Assembly (NCBI GenBank): GCA_903919535.1
Contig: CAIXIP010000220.1
Location: 1 to 62,970, forward strand
Reading direction: 5' to 3'
Source of the DNA: an uncultured Bacteroidota bacterium
Lineage (GTDB): Bacteria; Bacteroidota; Bacteroidia; 2-12-FULL-35-15
Length of the DNA: 62,970 nucleotides
The notes beneath the pieces are model-generated. The model made no database searches. It was not told the DNA's origin and saw nothing but the letters and a program-made list of their open reading frames with translations. Of this stretch, positions 20,431 to 29,905 are shown piece after piece; the stretch's first letter is position 1; each line of letters opens with the position of its first letter. The position numbers were made by a program, and so were the translations under genes.

Positions 20431-21936
20431 ATGAGAAAATCAAAAATCCTTTTCCTTTTTACCACTTTAATTTTTTGCCTCTTGGGTACGGGAACTATTT
20501 TTTCTGGATTTTCACAGGTTAGTTATGCTCCCGATACCTTGCAGGACGATCCCATTGCAGCTGCGCTTGATAGTCTTTACCGACTAAATTTGTTTGAAAA
20601 AGGGTATGCAAAGGTCATATATCCCAAAAACCCTAAATACCATTTTGCACCCGATTCTGTTCCTCGTTATGAAGAGCTGGTTTATGAAGCAAGACTTTCA
20701 AAAATTGATGCTATTTCTCCTTTTGATTTGCAGTATAATGAGGTAGTAAAGGGTTACATTGAAATGTATACTTTGCGTAGACGCGAATTAGTATCGCGAA
20801 TGATGGCGCTTTCACAATTTTATTTTCCAATGTTTGAAGAGCAATTAGATAAATATAATTTGCCTTTAGAACTAAAATATTTAGCGATATGTGAATCGGC
20901 ACTCAACCCAATGGCAAAATCACGCTCTGGAGCTATGGGGCTTTGGCAGTTTATGTATCCAACAGGTAAAATGTACGGGTTAAAAGTTTCTTCCTACGTT
21001 GATGAGCGTTGTGATCCATATAAATCAACTGTTGCGGCATGCGAATATTTTCAATATTTATATGGTTTGTTTGGTGATTGGCAAATGGTTTTAGCTGCAT
21101 ACAATTGCGGACCAGGGAATATAAATAAGGCAATTAGAAGAAGTGGAGGAAAAAAAACATACTGGGAAATTCGTCCATTTTTACCACGTGAAACACAAGG
21201 TTATGTGCCTGCATTTATTGCAGTTAACTATATGATGAATTATACTGCTGAACATAATTTATATTCAGCAATTCCGAAAAAAACATTTTTGCAGGTAGAT
21301 ACGTTAACGGTAAAAAAACAAATTTCATTTGATCAGATCTCAGCTGTTTTAGATATTCCTGTTGAAGAAATTCAATATTTGAACCCGAGCTATAGAAAAA
21401 TGGTTATACCAGTTTCAGATGAAAGTGCGAGCATATTAACCCTTCCGTCAAACAAAATAGGAGAGTTCGTATCTAATGAAGATAAAATTTATAATTATTA
21501 TAAAAAAGATACATTAAACAGCAAAGAAGTATTAGCAATACAAGAGGTTAGAAAAACACATGTTGTAAAAAAAGGCGAGCACCTTAGTTCAATTGCCAAA
21601 ATTTATGGTTGCACTGTTGCCGAAATTAAAACATGGAATGGTATAACAACAGCTACTGTAAAGCCAGGTAAAAAATTAACGATATATACCTATTCTAAAC
21701 AACAAACACCTGCGGTACAAACACCAAAAGAAAAACCAAGTCCTGTTGTTACCGAAACTAAAACTAATAAAAACGCTTCAGGTACTTTTAAATATTATAC
21801 CATACAAAAAGGGGATTCGCTGTATAAAATAGCGATGAAAAACCAAACAACTGTTGAGGAAATAAAACGACTCAATAATTTTGGCGAAAAATATAATTTA
21901 CTTCCGGGGCAAAAAATTAAGATTGCTTTGATGTAA
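20431..21936 (+). CDS. Lytic transglycosylase (SLT domain) with two C-terminal LysM domains
   Basis: 501 aa from the Met preceding the signal peptide. ESALNP...GAMGLWQFM...AYNCGPGN; LysM units HVVKKGEHLSSIAKIYG and YTIQKGDSLYKIAMKN. Confidence 0.85.
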   Translation: MRKSKILFLFTTLIFCLLGTGTIFSGFSQVSYAPDTLQDDPIAAALDSLYRLNLFEKGYAKVIYPKNPKYHFAPDSVPRYEELVYEARLSKIDAISPFDLQYNEVVKGYIEMYTLRRRELVSRMMALSQFYFPMFEEQLDKYNLPLELKYLAICESALNPMAKSRSGAMGLWQFMYPTGKMYGLKVSSYVDERCDPYKSTVAACEYFQYLYGLFGDWQMVLAAYNCGPGNINKAIRRSGGKKTYWEIRPFLPRETQGYVPAFIAVNYMMNYTAEHNLYSAIPKKTFLQVDTLTVKKQISFDQISAVLDIPVEEIQYLNPSYRKMVIPVSDESASILTLPSNKIGEFVSNEDKIYNYYKKDTLNSKEVLAIQEVRKTHVVKKGEHLSSIAKIYGCTVAEIKTWNGITTATVKPGKKLTIYTYSKQQTPAVQTPKEKPSPVVTETKTNKNASGTFKYYTIQKGDSLYKIAMKNQTTVEEIKRLNNFGEKYNLLPGQKIKIALM

Positions 21937-21939
21937 TAA

Positions 21940-23880
21940 TTATTCTGTCCGCACTAAATTTAATTCCTTAGGAGGAGCAATGATTAACGGAACCAGCTCA
22001 ATTGTAACAGAGCTAGTATCTAACCCAAATGCTCTTGCTTCAGATAAACTTAATCGTTTTAAAACAGAGTGAGCATCTAAAATAACTTTTTCATAGAAAG
22101 GCAATTCGTTTTCGTAAGACAAAAACTTTTCGATAACAATAAATCTAAAATCACCGATTATATTATTTTTCATTAAGGATTTATAACGACTGGTTATATC
22201 TACTTCTTTGTTTTTTACCAGATCCTCTACTACTTTTCTGAACATCAAATTAATACGAGGAGCTACGCGGAAACCTAATCTGAAATCAATTCTGATTACA
22301 TCATCATGAATAAATTCGCTCACTTTGTATTGCATGCGATATGGCTCATCAACGACATCAACATGAACAAACCAATAAATATCGGCTCGTTTCGGTTGTT
22401 TTTGCATGATAGAATAAATAATTTTTGATTCTATTTCCTCAATATTATCAGCACTTGTCAAATAAACCAGGTGGGTAGCATATTTAGGAACGGTAAGATC
22501 TCGACTCAAATCTTCTAATACAGGCAAATGGTCTGCAAGCTTCACAAACTCAACATACCTGTTCCTGATTTTTCGGGCATAAAACCATATTAACATTACT
22601 AAAATAAGCACACTTCCAATTAACAAAGTAATCCATCCTCCATGCAAAAATTTGCTTAAGTTGGCAATTAAAAAAGAGGTTTCGATAGTTAAATAAACTA
22701 CTAAGCAGGTTATGATAAATATTGGATTGTAACGTTTTAATATCATAAAATAAACAAGCAATGTGGTAGTCATTAACATTGTCAAAATGATTGCCAAACC
22801 ATACGCACCCTCCATTCCCTTTGATTCTTTAAAATAAAGTACAATACCAATACATCCTGCCCATAATAACCAGTTGGTTGAAGGAATATATAGTTGTCCT
22901 TTTAAGTCGGTAGGGTATTTCACCTTTACTTTTGGCCAAAAATTTAAACGTATTGCTTCATTTATTAATGTAAATGATCCACTGATAAGTGCTTGACTGG
23001 CAACAATGGCAGCCAAAGTAGATATAATGATTCCTGTTGGAACAAACCAGTGTGGCATGATGCCAAAAAACGGGTTTGCATTATTTAATTTTTGTCCCTC
23101 TTGTGCCAGTAACCAAGCTCCTTGTCCGAAATAATTTAGCACTAACATTAACTTTACAAAGACCCATGTGATGCGAATATTTTCTCTTCCGCAATGCCCC
23201 AGATCTGAATAAAGTGCTTCGGCACCTGTTGTACAAAGAAAAACAGCGCTCAAGATTACAAATCCACCTGGATGTAAGAACAATAATTTATAGGCATAAT
23301 ATGGGTTTAACGCTGCAAGCACATGAAAGTTAGTTGATAATTGTGTTGTACCCAAAATACCTAACATAACAAACCAAACCATCATTATTGGTCCAAAAAA
23401 GTTACCAATGCTTTTTGTTCCAAATTGCTGAACGGTAAATAGTGCTGTTAGTATAAGAATAACAATAGGAACAATTTGAATGTTCGGGTTTAATTCGCCT
23501 AACCCTTCAATAGCTGAGGTTACCGTGATGGGAGGAGTAATTATTCCGTCAGCTAAAAGTGTACTACCTCCAATAATGGCAGGAAACATTAACCATTTTA
23601 TTTTAGCTCTTCGCACTAAAGCATAAAGCGAAAAAATACCCCCTTCACCTTTATTATCAGCTCGAAGCGTGAGAATAACATATTTTAAAGTAGTTTGTAA
23701 TGTAAGTGTCCAAAAAATACAAGATAGGCCGCCTAATACAACGGTTGAATCAATTGGGTTGTCACCAACAATAGCACGTAATACGTATAATGGTGAAGTT
23801 CCAATATCGCCATAAATAATACCAAGAGTTATAAGAAGTGCGGCTGCAGATACTTTGTGAACGTGATGATGTTTGCCCAT
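21940..23880 (-). CDS. kup: KUP-family potassium transporter
   Basis: 646 aa from MGKHHH. KUP signature GIIYGDIGTSPLYV; 12 TM helices plus a cytoplasmic C-terminal domain. Confidence 0.9.
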   Translation of the reverse strand: MGKHHHVHKVSAAALLITLGIIYGDIGTSPLYVLRAIVGDNPIDSTVVLGGLSCIFWTLTLQTTLKYVILTLRADNKGEGGIFSLYALVRRAKIKWLMFPAIIGGSTLLADGIITPPITVTSAIEGLGELNPNIQIVPIVILILTALFTVQQFGTKSIGNFFGPIMMVWFVMLGILGTTQLSTNFHVLAALNPYYAYKLLFLHPGGFVILSAVFLCTTGAEALYSDLGHCGRENIRITWVFVKLMLVLNYFGQGAWLLAQEGQKLNNANPFFGIMPHWFVPTGIIISTLAAIVASQALISGSFTLINEAIRLNFWPKVKVKYPTDLKGQLYIPSTNWLLWAGCIGIVLYFKESKGMEGAYGLAIILTMLMTTTLLVYFMILKRYNPIFIITCLVVYLTIETSFLIANLSKFLHGGWITLLIGSVLILVMLIWFYARKIRNRYVEFVKLADHLPVLEDLSRDLTVPKYATHLVYLTSADNIEEIESKIIYSIMQKQPKRADIYWFVHVDVVDEPYRMQYKVSEFIHDDVIRIDFRLGFRVAPRINLMFRKVVEDLVKNKEVDITSRYKSLMKNNIIGDFRFIVIEKFLSYENELPFYEKVILDAHSVLKRLSLSEARAFGLDTSSVTIELVPLIIAPPKELNLVRTE

Positions 23881-24168
23881 TGGGATGTTTAATAAAAAGT
23901 GGACAAAATTACAAAATATTAAAGCATGTGAATGCGAAAAAAGATGCAAATAAAAATATTATTATTTTTTTCTGAAAGATAAACTTGAAACAAAATCGAA
24001 ATTATTTTTTCTAATTTTTCAATCTGTCAAAAATCCAATCAACCTTCATCATTTAATATTTAGGAGGCACACTATGCTGTTTTTATATATAAGAACTTCG
24101 TAAACATAGCACTGCTTTTCTTTGCATTTTAAGGTAAAAAGTATTATAATTGTGTATATAAAGGATAA

Positions 24169-25950
24169 ATGAATATTCGCAATAAATCCATTTTCATTGT
24201 TACGAGAAGTATTTTATGTAAATTTCTTTTGAAAAAAATTGTCCTTTTTCTTTTTTTTCTAACCGTAAATAATTCTGTTTTTTGTCAAAGTTTTGACTGG
24301 CTAACTCCGGGTGGTGGACCGCTTTCTGATAAAGCTACAGGAATAGCAATTGATGCTGCCGGTAATACATATATAACTGGCTATTTTAATGAAGAGGCTA
24401 CTTTTGGTTCATATTATATGCCCCTTATTGACCTTCACAGCAAAGAAGTTTTTGTCGCAAAAATTGATCCTCAGGGAAATTACCTCTGGGCAAAAAGAGG
24501 CTCTAATCATTATGATGATCGCGGCCTAGGTATTTGTTTAGATCCGGCAGGGAATGTTTATGTTACAGGAACTTGTTGGGGAGGATTAATATTTGGCTCC
24601 TTGAATGTATACAACAGCACATCTTATACAGATCAAATATTTGTATTGAAATTAGATTCGAATGGAAATGAGGTCTGGTTAAAAAATGCAGGTGTTGATG
24701 AATCTGGTTATCCCTACAATGATGATCAAGGATTTGACCTTACTTCTGATAATAATGGAAATATATATGTAACAGGTTTTCTCTCTAATCACGACCTAAC
24801 TGACCACTACGCAAATTTTGATGCTCTTCAGGTTTTAGTTACTGCAGATGATTCATTAGCTTTTGTTGCTAAACTATCGAATGCTGGAGTGTGGCAATGG
24901 GTAAGAACTAATGGTGGATTAGACGATGCACGTGATAATCGAATTGCCACTGACGCTGAAAACAATGTTTATGTAACAGGGGGATTTCGGGGAACTCAGA
25001 CTTTCGGAACCACATCATTAACCAGCTATGGAGGTTCAGATGTTTATGTTGTCAAATATGATGATCAGGGAAATTTTATTTACGCTAAAAATGCGGGCAG
25101 TCCATTAGATGATAGAGGAAACGATATCGCTTTTGATCATAATAGTCATTTATATATAACAGGTGAGTTTAAGGCAAAAGCCGTTTTCGGAAACGATACC
25201 ATCAATAACAATGGAAGCGATGATGACCGTGATATTTTTGTTTCTCGAATGTCGAAAGCAGGAGTATTTGAATGGGTTAAAAAAGCCGGATCAAACAGTG
25301 GAGGTGATCGAGGAAACGGAGTTGTGGTAAATAATATTGGAAATATTTTTGTAACAGGTCAATACAAAGATACTGCAAAATTTGGTGGATTTATTGAAGC
25401 TTATACTACTCCTGGTGATATTCAGGTTTTTATTGCAGCAATAGATTCATTGGGAAAATGGAGGTGGGTTTTAAATGGAGGTAGTTCTAGCGATGACCGA
25501 GGGAATGGAATTACTTGCGATTATGATTGCAATGTTTTTGTGGATGGATTTTACGAAAATATTTTAAATTTTAATTCAAACACATTAACTGCTGCAGGTC
25601 TGAAAGATATGTTTACTGTTAAGGTTAAAGAAGCGTGTTTTTATTATATAGCACCTCCACCGATAGAACCTATAAGTGAATTTTCCGCTTCAAATGTATT
25701 TAGTCCGAATAATGACGGGGTGAATGATATTTTTAAGTTCAGGACAAAAAACATGTCAAAACTTAATTGTCAGATATATAACCGTTGGGGTGAATTAATT
25801 TATGAAATCGTAGGCGTTGATGCAGGATGGGCAGGACGCACTAAGAATGGATTAGATTGTTCTCCCGGAGTTTATTATTATGTGGTGACAGCAGAAGGCG
25901 TTGAAGGTAAAAAGTATGAAGAGAAAGGTTTTGTGCAATTGTTGAGGTAG
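24169..25950 (+). CDS. SBBP beta-propeller repeat protein with T9SS type B (gliding-motility CHU_C-like) C-terminal domain
   Basis: 593 aa. Repeated D..GN.YVTG units. C-terminus NVFSPNNDGVNDIFKF...YNRWGELIYE...GVYYYVV. Confidence 0.75.
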   Translation: MNIRNKSIFIVTRSILCKFLLKKIVLFLFFLTVNNSVFCQSFDWLTPGGGPLSDKATGIAIDAAGNTYITGYFNEEATFGSYYMPLIDLHSKEVFVAKIDPQGNYLWAKRGSNHYDDRGLGICLDPAGNVYVTGTCWGGLIFGSLNVYNSTSYTDQIFVLKLDSNGNEVWLKNAGVDESGYPYNDDQGFDLTSDNNGNIYVTGFLSNHDLTDHYANFDALQVLVTADDSLAFVAKLSNAGVWQWVRTNGGLDDARDNRIATDAENNVYVTGGFRGTQTFGTTSLTSYGGSDVYVVKYDDQGNFIYAKNAGSPLDDRGNDIAFDHNSHLYITGEFKAKAVFGNDTINNNGSDDDRDIFVSRMSKAGVFEWVKKAGSNSGGDRGNGVVVNNIGNIFVTGQYKDTAKFGGFIEAYTTPGDIQVFIAAIDSLGKWRWVLNGGSSSDDRGNGITCDYDCNVFVDGFYENILNFNSNTLTAAGLKDMFTVKVKEACFYYIAPPPIEPISEFSASNVFSPNNDGVNDIFKFRTKNMSKLNCQIYNRWGELIYEIVGVDAGWAGRTKNGLDCSPGVYYYVVTAEGVEGKKYEEKGFVQLLR

Positions 25951-25999
25951 GCTTTTTCGATACTTATTCAAAAAAACATTTATTATTTAAATTGTATAT

Positions 26000-26090
26000 A
26001 AATGCAAAAGGGTTACAACGACCTATGTGTTGTAACCCTTTTTTGTTGCTCCCTCTTCAGGACTTGAACCTGAGACCCTCTGATTAACAG
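26000..26090. repeat. attL: displaced copy of the tRNA-Asn 3' part (positions 33-74) plus its downstream terminator hairpin
   Basis: 91 nt match 40899-40989 with 2 mismatches (26024 T vs A; 26047 T vs C). 26049-26090 is identical to tRNA nucleotides 40948-40989. Similarity ends exactly at 26090/26091. Confidence 0.9.
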
Positions 26091-26332
26091 AAGGAGAAGT
26101 ATCATCAAAACCCTCAACATTAACAACCCTTTCAAGCTTCGCAACTTGAGCTTGGTAATTTATGTGTAAGTTATAGCCTGGTTTAACATTATTATCAAGA
26201 GCAAAGTTAGAAGATTACACCTCATCGCAAAAGCTTTTCTGTAAAATCTTGCTCAACTTGGCTAGCTCGCTTGTTTTTTTCTGGAGAAAGAGGTAACAAC
26301 ACAAACCGATACCGCCTCCTCTCGGTTAAAGA

Positions 26333-27160
26333 CTATCTTGTGTAAACATATGTGTTAATGGTGGTGGTGTTAACCAAAACATTAAAGTCCTCTAAGGTCA
26401 TTGATGTTGGTGTTAGGCTGGTTATTTTGAACCATCCATCATTGCCCATCACACTACCGGCTTTTAATATTGGGCTTGTTCTATTAGGGAACAAGACTTC
26501 CCATGAGGAAGGGCTTGCAGAAGCGACTCCACCAGCAAAGGTAGAATCCTTGCTATAGTATCCTTCATCAGTATACCAATTGTTAAAGAAGGTTTTGTAG
26601 TCGTAGTAAGAGGCAGGAGCCCCATTGAAACTTGTTAAAGTCCACTTACTTCCTAGCAACTGACTTTCTATATTGTTAAGAGCTAGTGGGGTTGTTGTTT
26701 TGTTGTAGAAGTACCTTGCTTGTCCACCTGCAAAATCCAAAACGAGAGAATCGGTAGATAAGTAATGTACGGAACAGATGCTTAGGTTATTTCCCATTGT
26801 TATTGTGTTGCTAACATCACCACACCACGAAATCGTTTGAGCAAGAGAAACATCGTCAGTACCCATTATACCTTCATATTGCGTTGTACCACTTACAAGA
26901 GTAGCGCTTAGGTATAGCTGTGAGTTAAGATAGTTGTAATGGTTTTTGTAAACAAAAGTTGAGTCTCCAAGTCCTGGAAAGTATTGATTAGTCCTCGTCT
27001 CGCTCCGCTTCAGCTTCCAATGTCCAACTAACGAAGCTTCAAAAGGTGTCATACTAGTTGGTGTGGTAACAGGTGTTGTGCTAGGTGTAGGCGCTTTATC
27101 TTTTTTACAGCTTGTAACAAATAAGATAAGGCTCAAGAATAATATGGCTGAGTATTTCAT
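26333..27160 (-). CDS. Lipoprotein with two lipocalin-like repeat modules, unknown function
   Basis: 275 aa. Lipobox LFVTSC followed by a Pro/Thr linker. Two modules start L(V/L)G.W(K/T)L and end (HY/IT)SL(S/T)..S(L/M).L(D/E)(D)F. Confidence 0.7.
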   Translation of the reverse strand: MKYSAILFLSLILFVTSCKKDKAPTPSTTPVTTPTSMTPFEASLVGHWKLKRSETRTNQYFPGLGDSTFVYKNHYNYLNSQLYLSATLVSGTTQYEGIMGTDDVSLAQTISWCGDVSNTITMGNNLSICSVHYLSTDSLVLDFAGGQARYFYNKTTTPLALNNIESQLLGSKWTLTSFNGAPASYYDYKTFFNNWYTDEGYYSKDSTFAGGVASASPSSWEVLFPNRTSPILKAGSVMGNDGWFKITSLTPTSMTLEDFNVLVNTTTINTYVYTR

Positions 27161-27191
27161 AGTTTAGCGTATAGGTAAATATTAAAGTGTT

Positions 27192-27611
27192 TTATCTCGT
27201 CTTCTTTTTCTTTATGGTCAAGTAAACCATGTAACCGATTACTCCAAGTATAACAGTCCCGAATATTGCTACCTTCCAAAATATTGTCCAAAAGCGTTGT
27301 CTCTCGCCCTCTTTTGCTAATGCGATATAAAGCTGAGCTTGTTCTGTTGAAACGCTGTATGCCTTGCCGTTTTTAAACTTATCCTGTGCCCAACTTGGGT
27401 CTTCCAACATATCCATTATCGCATTGGTGTATTCCATTGTTCCGTTCGTCTGTGCAGTCTTATTAGTAGCACTATTAGAAACTTTGTTCGTTCTTGCTTT
27501 AGGTGTGTTCTTAGGAAACCCGTTTGGTATCAATGGGTTATTGCCTGATGCAATTGATACATAAGTAATAACAAGCGATAGCAACAGTAATAGCTGTTTA
27601 TTTTTACTCAT
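27192..27611 (-). CDS. Bitopic membrane/secreted protein, unknown function
   Basis: 139 aa. N-terminal signal-like helix (LLLLLSLVITYVSIASG), polar N/T/K-rich domain, C-terminal TM (VAIFGTVILGVIGYMVYL) and KKKKTR tail. Its start overlaps the upstream gene's stop by 8 nt. Confidence 0.6.
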   Translation of the reverse strand: MSKNKQLLLLLSLVITYVSIASGNNPLIPNGFPKNTPKARTNKVSNSATNKTAQTNGTMEYTNAIMDMLEDPSWAQDKFKNGKAYSVSTEQAQLYIALAKEGERQRFWTIFWKVAIFGTVILGVIGYMVYLTIKKKKTR

Positions 27612-27861
27612 GATCGGGATTGCTTTTTAAGAAGGTTATCGCCACAACTATCGCCACCGGTACAATCGTATAGATCAGGAATTCTGTATAGTCGTAACTA
27701 TAGCTCAGGCTACTTTCTGTGAACGGATAAAAATTTTGCAACGCATAGTATTTCCCACTGTCGTCCATTGTTCCCCAACCCATGATTAATAATATCAACT
27801 GTAGGGTAAACCAGAGTATGTATACACCAATAAGCTTTTTGTTTGCAAGCAACTCTTTCAT
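27604..27861 (-). CDS. Small 2-TM membrane protein, unknown function
   Basis: 85 aa from MKELLANKK. Helices IGVYILWFTLQLILLIMGW and FLIYTIVPVAIVVAITF. The longer start at 27918 would encode an inverted repeat and is judged less likely. Confidence 0.55.
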   Translation of the reverse strand: MKELLANKKLIGVYILWFTLQLILLIMGWGTMDDSGKYYALQNFYPFTESSLSYSYDYTEFLIYTIVPVAIVVAITFLKSNPDHE

Positions 27862-27871
27862 AGTTTGGAGT

Positions 27872-27893
27872 ATGCTGATTAATGATTCAGCAT
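27872..27893. promoter_or_regulatory. Inverted repeat ATGCTGA-N8-TCAGCAT in the divergent promoter region
   Basis: 7-bp perfect arms at 27872-27878 and 27887-27893, between the 2-TM gene start (27861) and the HTH gene start (27971). Confidence 0.35.
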
Positions 27894-27922
27894 AACAAAT
27901 ATAGCAAAAATCCAACACTGGA

Positions 27923-27934
27923 GTAATATATTAC
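27923..27934. promoter_or_regulatory. Perfect 12-bp palindrome GTAATATATTAC (candidate operator), flanked by ACACTGGA / TCCAGTGT arms
   Basis: The palindrome is at 27923-27934. An 8-bp inverted repeat lies at 27915-27922 and 27965-27972, the latter abutting the GTG start of the HTH gene. Confidence 0.4.
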
Positions 27935-27970
27935 CCCAAGCATGCCACGCTTTTTTTACACTTTTCCAGT

Positions 27971-28210
27971 GTGAAATTAACGAAGGCACAAGCGCAAGAA
28001 CACGAAGCTTTTTTAATAAAGCTTGGACAACGAATCGTTTCTCTCCGGAAGAAACACAAGCTGTCACAGAATGACCTTGCCTATCCTATCGGCTGGGACA
28101 AGTCCTCTATTCGCAAACTTGAACACGGTCAAAGCAACCCAACTTTAAAATCTCTGCTCCTGCTTGCAGAAGGCTTTGGTATTAGCATCCAAGAGCTTCT
28201 CGATTTTTAG
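27971..28210 (+). CDS. XRE-family helix-turn-helix transcriptional regulator (possible controller of the R-M operon and/or the divergent operon)
   Basis: 79 aa, GTG start. LGQRIVSLRKKHKLSQNDLAYPIGWDKSSIRKLEHGQSNPTLKSLLLLAEGFGISIQELL is a classic HTH_3 pattern. Confidence 0.8.
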   Translation: MKLTKAQAQEHEAFLIKLGQRIVSLRKKHKLSQNDLAYPIGWDKSSIRKLEHGQSNPTLKSLLLLAEGFGISIQELLDF

Positions 28211-28307
28211 CACAAAGCGACACGATAAAAAACTCTTGTCGTTCTCAGAAGAAAGAGATACACAACCACCAGCATCACCGCCTTTTTCAAAACCTGACTT
28301 GATACAT

Positions 28308-28337
28308 GTAATACGCGTGCAGATATTACTATATTTG
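28308..28337 (+). promoter_or_regulatory. hsdM promoter: inverted repeat GTAATA-N10-TATTAC abutting a perfect -7 box TATATTTG
   Basis: GTAATA 28308-28313 and TATTAC 28324-28329. TATATTTG at 28330-28337 matches TAnnTTTG and lies 21 nt before the hsdM ATG (28358). Confidence 0.45.
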
Positions 28338-28357
28338 TTCCTCATAGATAACCCCTT

Positions 28358-29905
28358 ATGGCTAAGACGAAGAAAGAAAAAACAGAAGAGCAAAAACCTT
28401 TTGAACAACTGTTGTGGCAGGCTGCTGATAAGCTGCGTAAGAACATTGATGCAGCAGAATATAAACACTATGTGCTTGGCTTACTCTTCCTCAAATATGT
28501 CTCTGATGCTTTTGAAGAGCTCTATAATAAGATAAAAAACAAGGAAGGCGAATACGCTTACGATGATCCGGAAGACAAGCTGGTGTATAGTTCCAAGTAT
28601 GTGTTTTTTGTACCTCCACATGCAAGATGGTCTTATCTAGTAAGTCGCGCAAAGCTTCCATCCATTGGTGAAGACATTGATAACGCGATGGATCTTATTG
28701 AGAAGGACAACACAAAGCTGCGTGGTGTTTTACCAAAACAGTTTGCCAGACCACAGTTAGATAAAATGATTCTTGGTGAACTTGTTGATCTCATCAACAA
28801 CATAAAGCTTGGCGATGAAGCTGCACGCATGAAAGATCTGTTGGGTGTTGTGTACGAATATTTCTTAGGACAGTTTGCATTGGCTGAAGGACGCAAGGGT
28901 GGACAGTTTTACACTCCTCGTTCTGTTGTGCAACTGCTTATAGAAATGCTGCAACCGGAAAAAGGAAAAGTGTACGATCCTTGCTGTGGCTCTGGTGGAA
29001 TGTTTGTGATGTCTGAAAAGTTTGTGCTGCAACATCAGGGAAGAATAGATGATATAAATATATACGGTCAAGAAAGCAACCAGACCACATGGCGCTTAGC
29101 TGTGATGAACCTTGCCATCCGTGGCATTGATCCCGAACAGGTAAAGTGGAACAGTGAAGGAAGTTTCTTGAAAGATGCACATCCCGATCTTAAGGCTGAC
29201 TATATAATTGCTAACCCACCCTTTAATGTTAGCGACTGGAGTGGTGAACTGTTACGCAATGATGGAAGATGGAAATATGGAGTACCACCAGCAGGTAATG
29301 CTAATTATGGATGGTTGCAACATATGCTTTATCACCTCAGCACAAAGGGTAAGGCTGGTGTGGTTTTAAGTAAAGGATCACTTACCACAAAACAGAGTGG
29401 TGAGTATGAAATACGTAAAGCCATGTTGGAAGATGGTGTTATTGATTGTATTGTAAACCTTCCTGCAAAACTTTTTCTCAATACTCAGATCCCGGCATGC
29501 CTGTGGTTCTTAAATAAAGATGCTAAGAGACTAAGAAAAGGAGAAGTCCTTTTTATTGATGCTAGAAATCTTGGACACCTCATCAACAGAAGGACAAAAG
29601 AATTTACTAATGAGGACACTGCTAAAATCTCTGAAACTTATCACCACTGGTTAAACAGCAGGGATGAATATCAAGATATATCTGGATTCTGTAAGTCATG
29701 CACAATTGCTGAGGTGAAAACAATGGACTTTGTTCTGACTCCAGGTAGATATATTGGCTTGCCCGATGATGAGGAAGATTTTAATTTCACCGAACGTTTC
29801 ACCAAATTGCAGGCTGAGCTGAGCAAGCAAATGGTTGATGAAGTGGAATTAAATAAGCGGATTAAGAAAAATCTTTCTTTGCTGAAGGAGGTGGATAATG
29901 CTTAG
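28358..29905 (+). CDS. hsdM: Type I restriction-modification system, N6-adenine DNA methyltransferase subunit
   Basis: 515 aa. HsdM N-terminal helix bundle (LWQAADKLRKNIDAAEYKHYVLGLLFLKYVSD), AdoMet motif VYDPCCGSGGMFV, catalytic IIANPPFN. Confidence 0.95.
   Translation: MAKTKKEKTEEQKPFEQLLWQAADKLRKNIDAAEYKHYVLGLLFLKYVSDAFEELYNKIKNKEGEYAYDDPEDKLVYSSKYVFFVPPHARWSYLVSRAKLPSIGEDIDNAMDLIEKDNTKLRGVLPKQFARPQLDKMILGELVDLINNIKLGDEAARMKDLLGVVYEYFLGQFALAEGRKGGQFYTPRSVVQLLIEMLQPEKGKVYDPCCGSGGMFVMSEKFVLQHQGRIDDINIYGQESNQTTWRLAVMNLAIRGIDPEQVKWNSEGSFLKDAHPDLKADYIIANPPFNVSDWSGELLRNDGRWKYGVPPAGNANYGWLQHMLYHLSTKGKAGVVLSKGSLTTKQSGEYEIRKAMLEDGVIDCIVNLPAKLFLNTQIPACLWFLNKDAKRLRKGEVLFIDARNLGHLINRRTKEFTNEDTAKISETYHHWLNSRDEYQDISGFCKSCTIAEVKTMDFVLTPGRYIGLPDDEEDFNFTERFTKLQAELSKQMVDEVELNKRIKKNLSLLKEVDNA

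Noticed and set aside
28145-28535. ORFs 28145-28468 (minus strand) and 28164-28535 (plus strand) in the HTH-hsdM gap
   Set aside because: They overlap each other, the 3' end of the HTH gene and the conserved N-terminus of hsdM. The region instead carries the hsdM promoter elements. The translations are low-complexity and unlike real proteins.
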